Of a stretch of 64,000 bases of DNA, positions 55,676 through 64,000 are shown piece by piece. Both the position numbers and the translations under genes were made by a program. Position 1 is the stretch's first letter. The number at the start of each line of letters is the position of its first letter. Origin of the DNA: a virus (taxonomy: Duplodnaviria; Caudoviricetes); the IMG/VR virus record IMGVR_UViG_3300048898_000066, positions 5,325-69,324 of that record. One strand, written 5' to 3'. The notes under the pieces are model-generated. The model was not told the DNA's origin. It saw only the letters and a list, made by a program, of their open reading frames with translations, and ran no database searches.

Positions 55676-55839
55676 TTCGCCGGTTGATCAACACGGTACA
55701 TTGCGCACACGAACGACCAGTTGTGGCAGATGATGCCGACTTCGCGTGCAATGATTTTCTGCTTCAGACTCGGAGGAGTCATTCGCGCGTTGACTGCGCC
55801 GCCGATGTTGATCTTTTTGATTTGCGAACGTTTGGTCAT
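55672..55839 (-). CDS. Small basic hypothetical protein
   Basis: aaggag SD. Confidence 0.55.
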   Translation of the reverse strand: MTKRSQIKKINIGGAVNARMTPPSLKQKIIAREVGIICHNWSFVCAMYRVDQPAK

Positions 55840-55902
55840 TTGATTCTCCTTGTTGATTAAGTGAAGAGATGATAACCGAATATCACCTCTCAAATATGAA
55901 CG

Positions 55903-57000
55903 TTACTTCTGTTTGCGTGATTGGATGAACTGATGCGCTGCATGATCATTCAGCAACGTGATGAACTTCTGACGGTGCGACGAGTCGCCGATGCAACAAT
56001 ATTTCTTGATGGATAACATGGCAGACTTGCGCGCCTCTTCTGGCAACGATTCAGCCCAGTAGACCATGTCATATGCGTCGTTGTAAGCCAGATGGGCGTC
56101 CGGATTCAGACCGGAGCCGTCACGACCTGCGTGATGTACGGCAGCGTGCGCACCCTTGATCGCGGCATCCAAATGTTCAACGTAGAATGGTTGGCGATGG
56201 GCGTAAACAGCGCTTTCAACAAGCTTCTTGTGCCTGTCGTTCATGTTGTCGATGGCAGTGCTCCAGGCATAGTCCATGTTCTCGCTCAGTTCTTTGCTTA
56301 TGCGGTCAATTTCAACGAGAGATTCTACCGATGGCGACAACTGAATGTCGATTGGACCGAGCAGCTTGTTGATCGGCACGTTTGCAGTTTTGCTGAAGGC
56401 CTTGATTGCGTCCATAGTTGCTCGCCCGATGTCCATGCGCTTGGCTTCTTCTGCAAACCCTTCAACCGTGCCGAAGAATTGATGCTCCTTCGTATCGACA
56501 TTGCGAGCAGGATCAATGTTGACCTTGGCGCGCAATGTGTTGTCGGAATCCTTCGTGACGCTCAAAATCTTCCCGATTGGCTGCCCGTCCTTGAACAAAG
56601 AAGTGCCGAAGTGAACCGACGACAATGGGCCTGGCTTAATATTCACGAAGTCGCTGACTTTGATCGTGCCGATTTCGTTGATGGAGCAGTCCTTCACCTT
56701 GTCTGCGAATTCCTGGCCTGTGATTCCTTGCGACTTATGCGTGTGAGTCAGGCAATCAATCGGATCGCGAAAGCTGGCTCGATTCTCCTCTTCGCCCTGA
56801 CGCCATCCCATATCCCAACTGCGATGCAACATGGACAAGATAGCGTCCAATGGAACGCCGGAATCGGTGTGCGATGAGTGATATGGATTCTTTCTAGGCT
56901 GACCGTCCCAAAAGGCCGCATAGCCTTTCGCCTTGGCTTGATAATCAATGTTGAATGCACGCTGTCGCGGCCAGTTCTCGTTGCTATTAAAGTCCATCAT
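55903..57000 (-). CDS. Hypothetical protein with N-terminal Rmf-like motif
   Basis: GY.AFWDGQPR.NPY...W..GW..G. Confidence 0.6.
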   Translation of the reverse strand: MMDFNSNENWPRQRAFNIDYQAKAKGYAAFWDGQPRKNPYHSSHTDSGVPLDAILSMLHRSWDMGWRQGEEENRASFRDPIDCLTHTHKSQGITGQEFADKVKDCSINEIGTIKVSDFVNIKPGPLSSVHFGTSLFKDGQPIGKILSVTKDSDNTLRAKVNIDPARNVDTKEHQFFGTVEGFAEEAKRMDIGRATMDAIKAFSKTANVPINKLLGPIDIQLSPSVESLVEIDRISKELSENMDYAWSTAIDNMNDRHKKLVESAVYAHRQPFYVEHLDAAIKGAHAAVHHAGRDGSGLNPDAHLAYNDAYDMVYWAESLPEEARKSAMLSIKKYCCIGDSSHRQKFITLLNDHAAHQFIQSRKQK

Positions 57001-57184
57001 AGTGTTTGTATTCCTTTCCTTTGATTTTACACATGAGCCATTTGCCAGACTCCCAGATTATAACTGCTGTGAAAGCCAGAACTGCTCCGATGAAGTGAAC
57101 AGCAAGCAACGCAGCGCCTGCCGCGATGGACCCAAGAGCGAGCAACCCGATGAACTGAAAGCAGGCGATGATTTGACCTATCAC
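56987..57184 (-). CDS. Small membrane protein
   Basis: Long hydrophobic stretch and basic tail; GTGA overlap. Confidence 0.5.
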   Translation of the reverse strand: MIGQIIACFQFIGLLALGSIAAGAALLAVHFIGAVLAFTAVIIWESGKWLMCKIKGKEYKHYDGL

Positions 57185-57516
57185 TCCGGCACCCGATTCC
57201 ATTTAGCAGCATGCCCGAAGTGCTCGAAAGAGCGATCAACCGGAACAGACCAATAGCCGTGCTCGGGAAACTTGACGATCCGCCCAGTGCAACGCTCTAT
57301 GATGTGCAAGCCGTCAGCAGGCGTGGCATATTGCTCCAGTTCAGGCGGCATCACCTCTGGATCGCCTTCGAACGCAGCAACTTTCTTGTACACGCCACGA
57401 ACGGATGATCCGGACAGTTCAATCCCGCACTTGCACCGGAGAACACAGCACGAGAATGACACCCAGGTCCATGGCTGCTCACTGCCGCAATGTTTGCATG
57501 GATGTACGATGCTCAT
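57181..57516 (-). CDS. Zn-finger protein (Lar-like N-terminus)
   Basis: HPCKHCG...LRCKCG; gaggag SD. Confidence 0.55.
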   Translation of the reverse strand: MSIVHPCKHCGSEQPWTWVSFSCCVLRCKCGIELSGSSVRGVYKKVAAFEGDPEVMPPELEQYATPADGLHIIERCTGRIVKFPEHGYWSVPVDRSFEHFGHAAKWNRVPE

Positions 57517-57953
57517 TTGCAACTCCTCTTTGCCATGTTCAAAATAGCCATGATCAACACGCCAAATGGCGTAAAGAACAAGCTTACAATGCACGAAGCA
57601 ATCATTGCAACTATGAGGAAGAAACTGAACACCAAGAACAGCATCTCAATCAAGATTATGGCCAAAAGATTATCGCGTACGCCTCCGTGCAGACCCATAC
57701 TCAACAAGTCTTTGACTGCCATGTAAGTGACGTTGACCTCGTCCCTCCAGCAACCCCATACAGCGCGGCAATAAGCCCAGAGCCGCGCTATTACGACATA
57801 AATAAATGTGGCCAAAACGGCGCACGTGAGGCGTAGTCCGTACTCAACGGCCCGTAGAGCGTTGGTAAGGACGGTCGTTACACCGATGTAGGCGAGAAGG
57901 ATGCATGCCGCTGCAGCGAAGCAAGCGATAGAGAAGAAATGGAGCGCGTTCAT
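57513..57953 (-). CDS. Multi-pass membrane protein
   Basis: Three to four hydrophobic helices. Confidence 0.6.
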   Translation of the reverse strand: MNALHFFSIACFAAAACILLAYIGVTTVLTNALRAVEYGLRLTCAVLATFIYVVIARLWAYCRAVWGCWRDEVNVTYMAVKDLLSMGLHGGVRDNLLAIILIEMLFLVFSFFLIVAMIASCIVSLFFTPFGVLIMAILNMAKRSCK

Positions 57954-58304
57954 TTAGATTCCTTTGTCGATGGAGATTGGTCCGTGCACGGTGCCGTTTG
58001 TGATTCTGCCAAACGGAAGTTCGAATTTCATCTTGCCTTCATTCTGCAAGAATTCACGCACGACATTCTGGGCAAATGACTTTCCTTGATCTCGCGGAAT
58101 GTATCGAATGTCACCATTCTCATTGCGCAAAGCCAACAAAGATTTCATGATTGAAATCTTCATATTGCATCGTGCGATTTCAATCAGATGTTCACGCAGC
58201 AGCTTGTCGTTAGGATGCTCTTCAAACACTGTCGATTGCAGGTGGCGACGTTTGTAGGTGGAGAAGGCCGAGCGGATGGCCCAGGCCATTGGTTTGAGTT
58301 TCAT
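57954..58304 (-). CDS. Hypothetical protein
   Basis: aagga SD. Confidence 0.6.
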   Translation of the reverse strand: MKLKPMAWAIRSAFSTYKRRHLQSTVFEEHPNDKLLREHLIEIARCNMKISIMKSLLALRNENGDIRYIPRDQGKSFAQNVVREFLQNEGKMKFELPFGRITNGTVHGPISIDKGI

Positions 58305-58313
58305 GTAAATCCT

Positions 58314-58679
58314 TTAGAGTCGCGATAGTCGGTTGTCACTCGCCCTGCGAAGCTTGCCGGTGTGGCGCAAGTACATGACTTGCAATTCGGCCTTCACCCA
58401 GTTATTGTAATGGTGTTGGGTACCTTCCGCATCAAACCAATGCGATGCAGAAGGTACAGGAGATCCAGGCCACTTCTTGCACTTCCAATTGCCATTCTCT
58501 TTCCAGATGTGTGGCTTGTCGTTTCGGTCGCGCAGATTGGACTCATGTTTAAGAACAGGAATTGTGCCACTGCGACAGTTCCTGTGCATTGGCGAAGGTT
58601 TGGCGTGCAACTTATATGACTCAGATCGCGATTTTGGCACGATCAGGCCGATGAGCCATTTAATTGTTCTGCTTATCAC
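58314..58679 (-). CDS. Hypothetical protein
   Basis: 121 aa; coupled. Confidence 0.55.
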   Translation of the reverse strand: MISRTIKWLIGLIVPKSRSESYKLHAKPSPMHRNCRSGTIPVLKHESNLRDRNDKPHIWKENGNWKCKKWPGSPVPSASHWFDAEGTQHHYNNWVKAELQVMYLRHTGKLRRASDNRLSRL

Positions 58680-58885
58680 TCTCTATCCTCTTTTATGTAC
58701 TCGTGGACTTGGCGGATGGCAAGGTGAATTGCCGACTTCTTAACGCAAGTCTTTGCTGCGTGGTGCTGCTTAAGACTCTTTAGTACGGAATGGCCCTCAC
58801 CAACGATGAATAGTCGTTCTCGCCCGAGTTCGAATGATACCTTGTAATGGCCCTTTTCGATGCGACTGACGGTGACGTTTAGCAT
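58676..58885 (-). CDS. Hypothetical protein
   Basis: 69 aa; coupled. Confidence 0.55.
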   Translation of the reverse strand: MLNVTVSRIEKGHYKVSFELGRERLFIVGEGHSVLKSLKQHHAAKTCVKKSAIHLAIRQVHEYIKEDRE

Positions 58886-59076
58886 TTTGTCGCCAACTCG
58901 CGCAGCTTCATGGAGATAGTCAGAACCTTGCTTCGCAGAGCTTTGTGCTCATCAGAATGTGCCTGTGTCGAAATTCCAGCGCGCTCACGATTGATTTGTT
59001 TGAGGTTCTCGTCCAGTTCGTAGCAACGCAGAGCCTTTTGGATCAATTCCAGTTCTTCATTGGTCAGGTTATTCAT
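58879..59076 (-). CDS. Hypothetical helical protein
   Basis: coupled. Confidence 0.55.
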   Translation of the reverse strand: MNNLTNEELELIQKALRCYELDENLKQINRERAGISTQAHSDEHKALRSKVLTISMKLRELATKC

Positions 59077-59272
59077 CGGCATTATCCAATTCCATCAGTG
59101 CGTTGAGCTTTCTGAGCTCCAAAGAAGCTCGGTTTAGCTGGTTGATCATGCTTTGCAGCGCCGTACGATCCAACTCTTTCAAATCGCCGTTGACCATGCT
59201 GAACTGACCCATTACTGCGCAGATGGCCTCACGAGCCTCGCGAGAGTGTCGATTCTTCAAAAGATTGCTCAT
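59069..59272 (-). CDS. Hypothetical helical protein
   Basis: 67 aa; ggagg SD. Confidence 0.55.
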   Translation of the reverse strand: MSNLLKNRHSREAREAICAVMGQFSMVNGDLKELDRTALQSMINQLNRASLELRKLNALMELDNADE

Positions 59273-59430
59273 ACGGCCTCCATCAACTGGATTCGGATTT
59301 CGCGGGCCGCGCTCTGACGGTTATACTGCGCCGACTTCACGGCGTTGCGACGTTTAACGGTGTCCTCTCCGCGCACGCGAATCGGGCTTACAATACGGCC
59401 TACCTTGATGGTGAATTGCAGATTCTTCAT
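59269..59430 (-). CDS. Small basic protein (below cutoff)
   Basis: 53 aa MKNLQFTIKVGR...QLMEAV; ggag SD; ATGA overlap. Confidence 0.55.
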   Translation of the reverse strand: MKNLQFTIKVGRIVSPIRVRGEDTVKRRNAVKSAQYNRQSAAREIRIQLMEAV

Positions 59431-59516
59431 TTGGGCTCCATTGGGAAAGTGGATGGTTGGAAGCGGGAGAAGTCAGGGCCGGTCGGAGAGGTTGAAGCCT
59501 CCACCGGCCCTTTCTT

Positions 59517-60260
59517 TTACTTCTTTACTTCTTCGCCTTCTGCCGGGACCACTTCCGGTTTGGAGATTTCGCGCAGTTCGAAGTGGTAGTACTTGCCGCC
59601 CATTTCGAAAGTGTTGGTGCCCTCTGCCTTGAGTGCCATACGGAAGCGAATGTGCTTGGAGTCTGGCAGACGGAAGAAGCGAAATGCGTCACGAGTCGAT
59701 TTGAACTCTTTAGCATCAGCCGTTTGGTGGAATTCCTTGTCTTCGCTGACGGTGACCGCTACGCCGTGGCGAGTCAGGCGCGCAGCCATCACCTCCGGAT
59801 TTGCCCAGGAAGCCGCCACGCCAGCGCTGTTCGATGCGCGACCGGTATAGACTGGCTCAGGCTTGGCCTCTTCTTCCGTGTGGATTTTGCCATCCTGGAC
59901 CTTTACTCCCTTGCCGTTGCCGTTTTCGTGGGCTTCTTTTTGCTCTTTGGTCATTCCGAAGAGCGCATTGAATACTCCACGAGCGTTCGCATCGGCCTTT
60001 TCGGTGGCCTCCTTGATTTCTGCCTTGGCTGCGGCCTCTGCGGCCTTAACTGCTGCCTGAGCCTCTGGATTCAGAGCCTTCAGTTCATCTTCCGAATATT
60101 CTGGAAGATCCATCTTTTTGCCGAGTTCCACGCAACGACGAATCGCTGTTGCACGGTCGGAAAACTTCTTGATCTGGTCGTCGTCATTGACGTTTGCATT
60201 ATAGAAAGCAACCAGATCGGCGGTTTTTTCAATTGCGCGGATTTGAGCGATGGATTTCAT
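59517..60260 (-). CDS. Strongly expressed early protein of unknown function
   Basis: 247 aa; SNSAGVAASW and LP.SKHIRFR motifs; two tandem sigma70 promoters. Confidence 0.75.
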   Translation of the reverse strand: MKSIAQIRAIEKTADLVAFYNANVNDDDQIKKFSDRATAIRRCVELGKKMDLPEYSEDELKALNPEAQAAVKAAEAAAKAEIKEATEKADANARGVFNALFGMTKEQKEAHENGNGKGVKVQDGKIHTEEEAKPEPVYTGRASNSAGVAASWANPEVMAARLTRHGVAVTVSEDKEFHQTADAKEFKSTRDAFRFFRLPDSKHIRFRMALKAEGTNTFEMGGKYYHFELREISKPEVVPAEGEEVKK

Positions 60261-60315
60261 GGTAAATTCTCTTCTTTCTAGTTGGTGGATCCGGGATTCG
60301 GATGCCGTAGTTAAC

Positions 60316-60343
60316 ATTATACTACACTTTTGACGAAAGTCAA
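60316..60343 (-). promoter_or_regulatory. Sigma70 early promoter
   Basis: TTGACT-16-TATAAT with UP element; overlapping tttgac-gaaa-gtcaaa palindrome. Confidence 0.75.
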
Positions 60344-60397
60344 ATTTATTTTGATTTTCGTATCTTTCGCGCCTCGTTTCGTTCAGCACATGTAAGA

Positions 60398-60426
60398 ATT
60401 ATGACACAAATCTGAACGAAAGGCAA
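60398..60426 (-). promoter_or_regulatory. Second tandem sigma70 promoter
   Basis: TTGCCT-17-CATAAT. Confidence 0.6.
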
Positions 60427-60449
60427 TCACTTAAATTAGAGGATTGACT

Positions 60450-60698
60450 CTAAATTTCCGAAGCGTACGGGCCTCTGTACATGTCGGACGGTTTGTAGGC
60501 GTTCGGGTCATCAGGATTGCCATAATCAATGACGTTCACAAAGTCCTCCTTGGCGAAAGGGTGCCATCCGTGGGCGAGATAGCCAAGCTGGATGTCGTCA
60601 AACTGAGCAAGCCATCCGTCATCAACTTTCTTTAGGAGCGCAGTTTTAAAGCGAAGGTGATCAAACGCTCCGTTGTACAGTCCTTTGATATCGCTCAT
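60450..60698 (-). CDS. Hypothetical protein
   Basis: W.AQFD......GWHPF...DF motif. Confidence 0.65.
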   Translation of the reverse strand: MSDIKGLYNGAFDHLRFKTALLKKVDDGWLAQFDDIQLGYLAHGWHPFAKEDFVNVIDYGNPDDPNAYKPSDMYRGPYASEI

Positions 60699-61075
60699 TG
60701 CTTAGCCTCCACATCTACCACAGAATCTCCAAAGTGAAGCATCACTACGGCGCGGCAGACGGCTTCACGCGCATTATCGCCTTCAACGCTCCACCATTGA
60801 GCATTCTTCGCATTGAATATGCTGCACATGACCGGGCCGATGAAGCCGTCATGGTCGATGGTGACGCGATACTTGTCTAGAATCCTGCCGCACATATCCC
60901 AGTCAATTGTATATCTCATCGCTTGAGGTGCCATAACCTCCGGAGTCCACACGCACATGAAGTCATCCGTACGAGGAACAGGGCGAATTTCCAACTCGGC
61001 AGCGCCTGCTCCTTGAGAGCGAGCCACCCAATAGTCCAACCATGCTCCTTTGAGTTCACTTACTTTCATGCTCAT
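60695..61075 (-). CDS. Phage ABA-sandwich/DUF2591-like protein
   Basis: L.G..LDYWVA, Y..DW...G.I and A.CRA.V motifs. Confidence 0.65.
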   Translation of the reverse strand: MSMKVSELKGAWLDYWVARSQGAGAAELEIRPVPRTDDFMCVWTPEVMAPQAMRYTIDWDMCGRILDKYRVTIDHDGFIGPVMCSIFNAKNAQWWSVEGDNAREAVCRAVVMLHFGDSVVDVEAKQ

Positions 61076-61081
61076 TACTCC

Positions 61082-61702
61082 TTACCAGATGGTGATGCGT
61101 TTATTGTCGCGATCATCGCGTAAGCGGGCGATATCTCGGTTGAGGCGGTCGGTTACGTCGTCGTTATTAGAGAGCGTAAGACACTCCTTCAGGTGTTCTA
61201 TCTTGTCCTCTTGCCAGGCCGCGTGCGCCTCTTCCGGGGTACGGAATACGCCAAGGTGCAGCGCCTTACCAGTCAACAGAGAACGGCCTTGGGCGACGTA
61301 TGACTTGAAGCCGCGCTTGGCTTCACGACTTGATAGCGTGACGCCATGAGGCATTCCATCGTACACTTTTGGGCGGCGGCGAAGGGCGCGACGAATGGCC
61401 GGATGGACCATAACGCAAGTATCTGGCGAGTAAAGTACATTGCCCGCTTCCTTGATGGACTTATGCAGTTCATACTCTCGCCAATTAGGTTGTGCATGGA
61501 GCCATTCGATGAACGCGGAAAAGCTGTACCAGCGCGGATCAAGCGTGGACTTCTCTTCGCGCCTGCGGGCGATTGATCCGAAACAATTGTTCATGACGTG
61601 CATCCAGCGCGCATATTCATCTTTGATTAATCGCGTCGGCAGTGAACTGTCATTGACGCCAACACCGTAAATTGTTGCGCGCGGCTTGCCAATTTTGCTC
61701 AT
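61082..61702 (-). CDS. HNH-type homing-endonuclease-like protein with AP2-like tail, possibly degenerate
   Basis: GVGVND, RW.SF..F..W, GN.LYSP.TC..V and LG.F.T.EEA..AW motifs. Confidence 0.65.
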   Translation of the reverse strand: MSKIGKPRATIYGVGVNDSSLPTRLIKDEYARWMHVMNNCFGSIARRREEKSTLDPRWYSFSAFIEWLHAQPNWREYELHKSIKEAGNVLYSPDTCVMVHPAIRRALRRRPKVYDGMPHGVTLSSREAKRGFKSYVAQGRSLLTGKALHLGVFRTPEEAHAAWQEDKIEHLKECLTLSNNDDVTDRLNRDIARLRDDRDNKRITIW

Positions 61703-61772
61703 GTCTTCTTTCCGTTCTGTTTGTGAATGAAAGAGTATAGCTTCAATAAATTAATTAACAAGTGAACGACAC

Positions 61773-63182
61773 ATGTTTGAACTGAACCCTGCTCTAAAAG
61801 ATTTCTGGATGACATCTGCTCGGTACAAAGCGCTGTACGGAGGTCGCGCAAGCTCAAAGTCACATGACGCTGCTGGATTCTCCGTTTTCCTGACTCGCAT
61901 CATGAAGTTGAAGATTCTGTGCGCTCGTCAATTTCAGAACAAAATTGAAGAGTCTGTGTACACTCTGATCAAAAACAAGATTGAGGCTGGCGGATTCGAA
62001 AAAGAGTACGAATTCACTAAATCGTCAATTTTGCACAAGCGCACAGGCTCCGAATACATCTTCTACGGCATTGCTCGAAACCTGAACGAGATCAAATCGA
62101 CTGAAGGCGTTGATATTCTCTGGTTGGAAGAGGCGCAGTACCTGACAGAGGCGCACTGGGACGTGATTGAACCGACGATTCGCAAAGAAGGATCGCAAAT
62201 TTGGCTGATTTGGAATCCTGATGAGCTCATGGACTTCATCTATCAGAGATTCGTCGTATCGCCGCCGCCTGATTGTGCATCTCGGCACATCAACTGGAAC
62301 GAGAACCCGTACCTGTCCGCCACGATGCTGAAGATCATCCACGCGGCGTACAAGGAAGATAAGAAGAAGGCAGAGCACATCTATGGCGGCATTCCGAAAA
62401 CAGGCGGTGACAAATCCGTCATCAACCTCGCCTTCATCCTCGCGTCCATAGACGCGCACCTTAAGATTCCAGGCTGGCCTGTTGACGGCAAACGCCGGAT
62501 CGGCTTTGACGTTGCTGATGACGGTGATGACAAAAACGCAACTACCGTGGCTTATGGCAATATCATCATGGAGGTTGAAGAGTGGGAAGGTCTTGAAGAC
62601 GAACTTATCAAGTCAACAAAACGAGTGTACAATCTTGCCGTCAAACACGGTGCAGAAGTAACGTATGACTCCATTGGCGTTGGAGCGTCTGTTGGATCTA
62701 AGATCAAGGAAATGAACGACGACAACGAGGAAGAGGCCAAGAAGAATGATTTGAAGCAATGGTCAAAAGTGACGTATGACGGATTCAACGCAGGCGGCAA
62801 GGTCGATAACCCGGATGATGTCTTCATGCGACTGCCACACGCTAAGATTCTGAACAGCGAACATTTCAGCAATATCAAAGCGCAGTGGTGGTATGACGTA
62901 TCAGAGCGATTCCGCAAGACATATGAGGTGATTACGGAGGGGGCAAAGCATCCTGTGGATGAGCTCATCTCCATTAACAGCGCCACCATCCCGCTGAAGT
63001 TGAGGAATCAGTTGTGCCAGGAACTTGCCGCGCCCCGCAAGGATGTGGATGGACTTGGCAAATTCAAAGTTGAGAGCAAAAAGGATATGCGTGAGAAGCG
63101 TAAGATCAAGTCACCGAACATCGCAGACTCGGTGATCATGGCCGTCCATCGTCCGAAGCGCAAAAAGGCCACCTTCTTCTAA
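61773..63182 (+). CDS. terL: Terminase large subunit
   Basis: GGRASSKS Walker A, WLEEA Walker B, PTIRK, FDVADDG.D and SPNIADS motifs. Confidence 0.95.
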   Translation: MFELNPALKDFWMTSARYKALYGGRASSKSHDAAGFSVFLTRIMKLKILCARQFQNKIEESVYTLIKNKIEAGGFEKEYEFTKSSILHKRTGSEYIFYGIARNLNEIKSTEGVDILWLEEAQYLTEAHWDVIEPTIRKEGSQIWLIWNPDELMDFIYQRFVVSPPPDCASRHINWNENPYLSATMLKIIHAAYKEDKKKAEHIYGGIPKTGGDKSVINLAFILASIDAHLKIPGWPVDGKRRIGFDVADDGDDKNATTVAYGNIIMEVEEWEGLEDELIKSTKRVYNLAVKHGAEVTYDSIGVGASVGSKIKEMNDDNEEEAKKNDLKQWSKVTYDGFNAGGKVDNPDDVFMRLPHAKILNSEHFSNIKAQWWYDVSERFRKTYEVITEGAKHPVDELISINSATIPLKLRNQLCQELAAPRKDVDGLGKFKVESKKDMREKRKIKSPNIADSVIMAVHRPKRKKATFF

Positions 63183-63556
63183 GCAACGGTGACTGTGATT
63201 GTGATGCTGCCCAATCGCTCTGCGCTGGCACTGAATGCGTGACGGATCAGTTGGCCGAACCGCAGCAGTTCATGGAGACGCTCCGTTGGCATTAGAGGCG
63301 GATTCTCCATGATCTTCAATGCAATATCCAGTTGGCGCGAAGTGGCAGTGATGCACGGGTCGAAGTCGCATTGATTACCTGCCTTGATGGCGTTGTTCCA
63401 TCCGAAAATAAAGCCTCCAACCTTTCCAGCGACGATGCACTCCGGACTGTAGTGCATCGAGCAGCACAGCATCAGAGAATCAACCAGAGTTTCGGTGATG
63501 TCCAATTTGTATGATGGAATTGCGCGAATTTCGATGTTCACATTAGCCTCCTTCAA
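63179..63556 (-). CDS. Hypothetical protein
   Basis: 125 aa; convergent with terL. Confidence 0.5.
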   Translation of the reverse strand: MKEANVNIEIRAIPSYKLDITETLVDSLMLCCSMHYSPECIVAGKVGGFIFGWNNAIKAGNQCDFDPCITATSRQLDIALKIMENPPLMPTERLHELLRFGQLIRHAFSASAERLGSITITVTVA

Positions 63557-64000
63557 AATTTATACTTCACCATGACCATGTGAACCGACGACCATACCGC
63601 GCCATAAGTATCATGATCCAGAATGCGATCTTGGTTATAGAAATATTGGTATGAGATAGTCAGATTCTTGCGACCAACTGACACACCATAGAATCGCCCG
63701 ACTGCCCAACGATCCTCATTCCGCACACTAATCGTCTGTGGCGCGGCATCTGGAGCAGGTCGCCAATCGTACACATTCACTTTCCAAGTCGATTTGTGGA
63801 TGTACGGGCCTGCGCTTACGCCAATGCGCCAATCGCCTGCTGCATAGAACGGCTCGACAGCGAGAATCAGCCCTTGGTCATGGCCGCCACCAACGAAGTT
63901 TGCCAGAGGCCAGCACTTGCCGTTGCAACGTTTCTCTTGAGTATTGTAATTCTCGTCGGAAGGGGTGGCATAACTCTGCGTATTGACCATGCCCAGCCAC
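63553..64000 (-). CDS. Outer-membrane beta-barrel protein, 5'-truncated by the window edge
   Basis: Alternating amphipathic strands; C-terminal beta-signal VMVKYKF; frame open to base 64000. Confidence 0.65.
   Translation of the reverse strand, partial: WLGMVNTQSYATPSDENYNTQEKRCNGKCWPLANFVGGGHDQGLILAVEPFYAAGDWRIGVSAGPYIHKSTWKVNVYDWRPAPDAAPQTISVRNEDRWAVGRFYGVSVGRKNLTISYQYFYNQDRILDHDTYGAVWSSVHMVMVKYKF

Noticed and set aside
1-64000. Prophage or temperate lifestyle
   Set aside because: No integrase, repressor, partition genes or host flanks recognised; any unseen part of the genome could change this

Overview
The window is most of the genome of a tailed, apparently virulent dsDNA myovirus of a Gram-negative host. 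No integrase, repressor, tRNA or CRISPR array was seen. Gene content and order resemble PB1/BcepF1-like (Lindbergviridae-type) phages; this and all family names come from motif recognition, not a database search. Layout: (i) 289-21625 (+) head, contractile tail, baseplate, fibre and endolysin; (ii) 21651-41619 (-) envelope genes, ligase, spanins, SSB-like gene, SNF2 helicase, a phage-encoded Pol III alpha plus DEDDh exonuclease, a nucleotide-metabolism cluster and a Dda/RecD-like helicase; (iii) 41761-52615 (+) split primase and helicase around an early-gene island, an AT-rich repeat region and a probable TerS; (iv) 52754-61702 (-) many small early genes; (v) TerL and a 5'-truncated outer-membrane beta-barrel gene. 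Portal and minor head genes are absent and presumably lie beyond 64000. The strongest candidate for an undescribed system is the 33589-38780 cluster: VOC enzyme, SDR, HAD fused to a helical nucleotide-pyrophosphatase-like domain, a ThyX with substituted active-site residues, a second HAD and a Glf-like flavoenzyme. Next to the phage's own polymerase it looks like a pathway making a non-canonical, possibly sugar-derived, pyrimidine nucleotide. Also notable: two structured intergenic RNA candidates flanking the polymerase module, hairpin plus -10-only promoters, a stand-alone copy of the helicase C-terminal domain beside origin-like repeats that recur at the window start, and repeat-bounded early gene cassettes. 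Hand-read coordinates may be off by a base or two.
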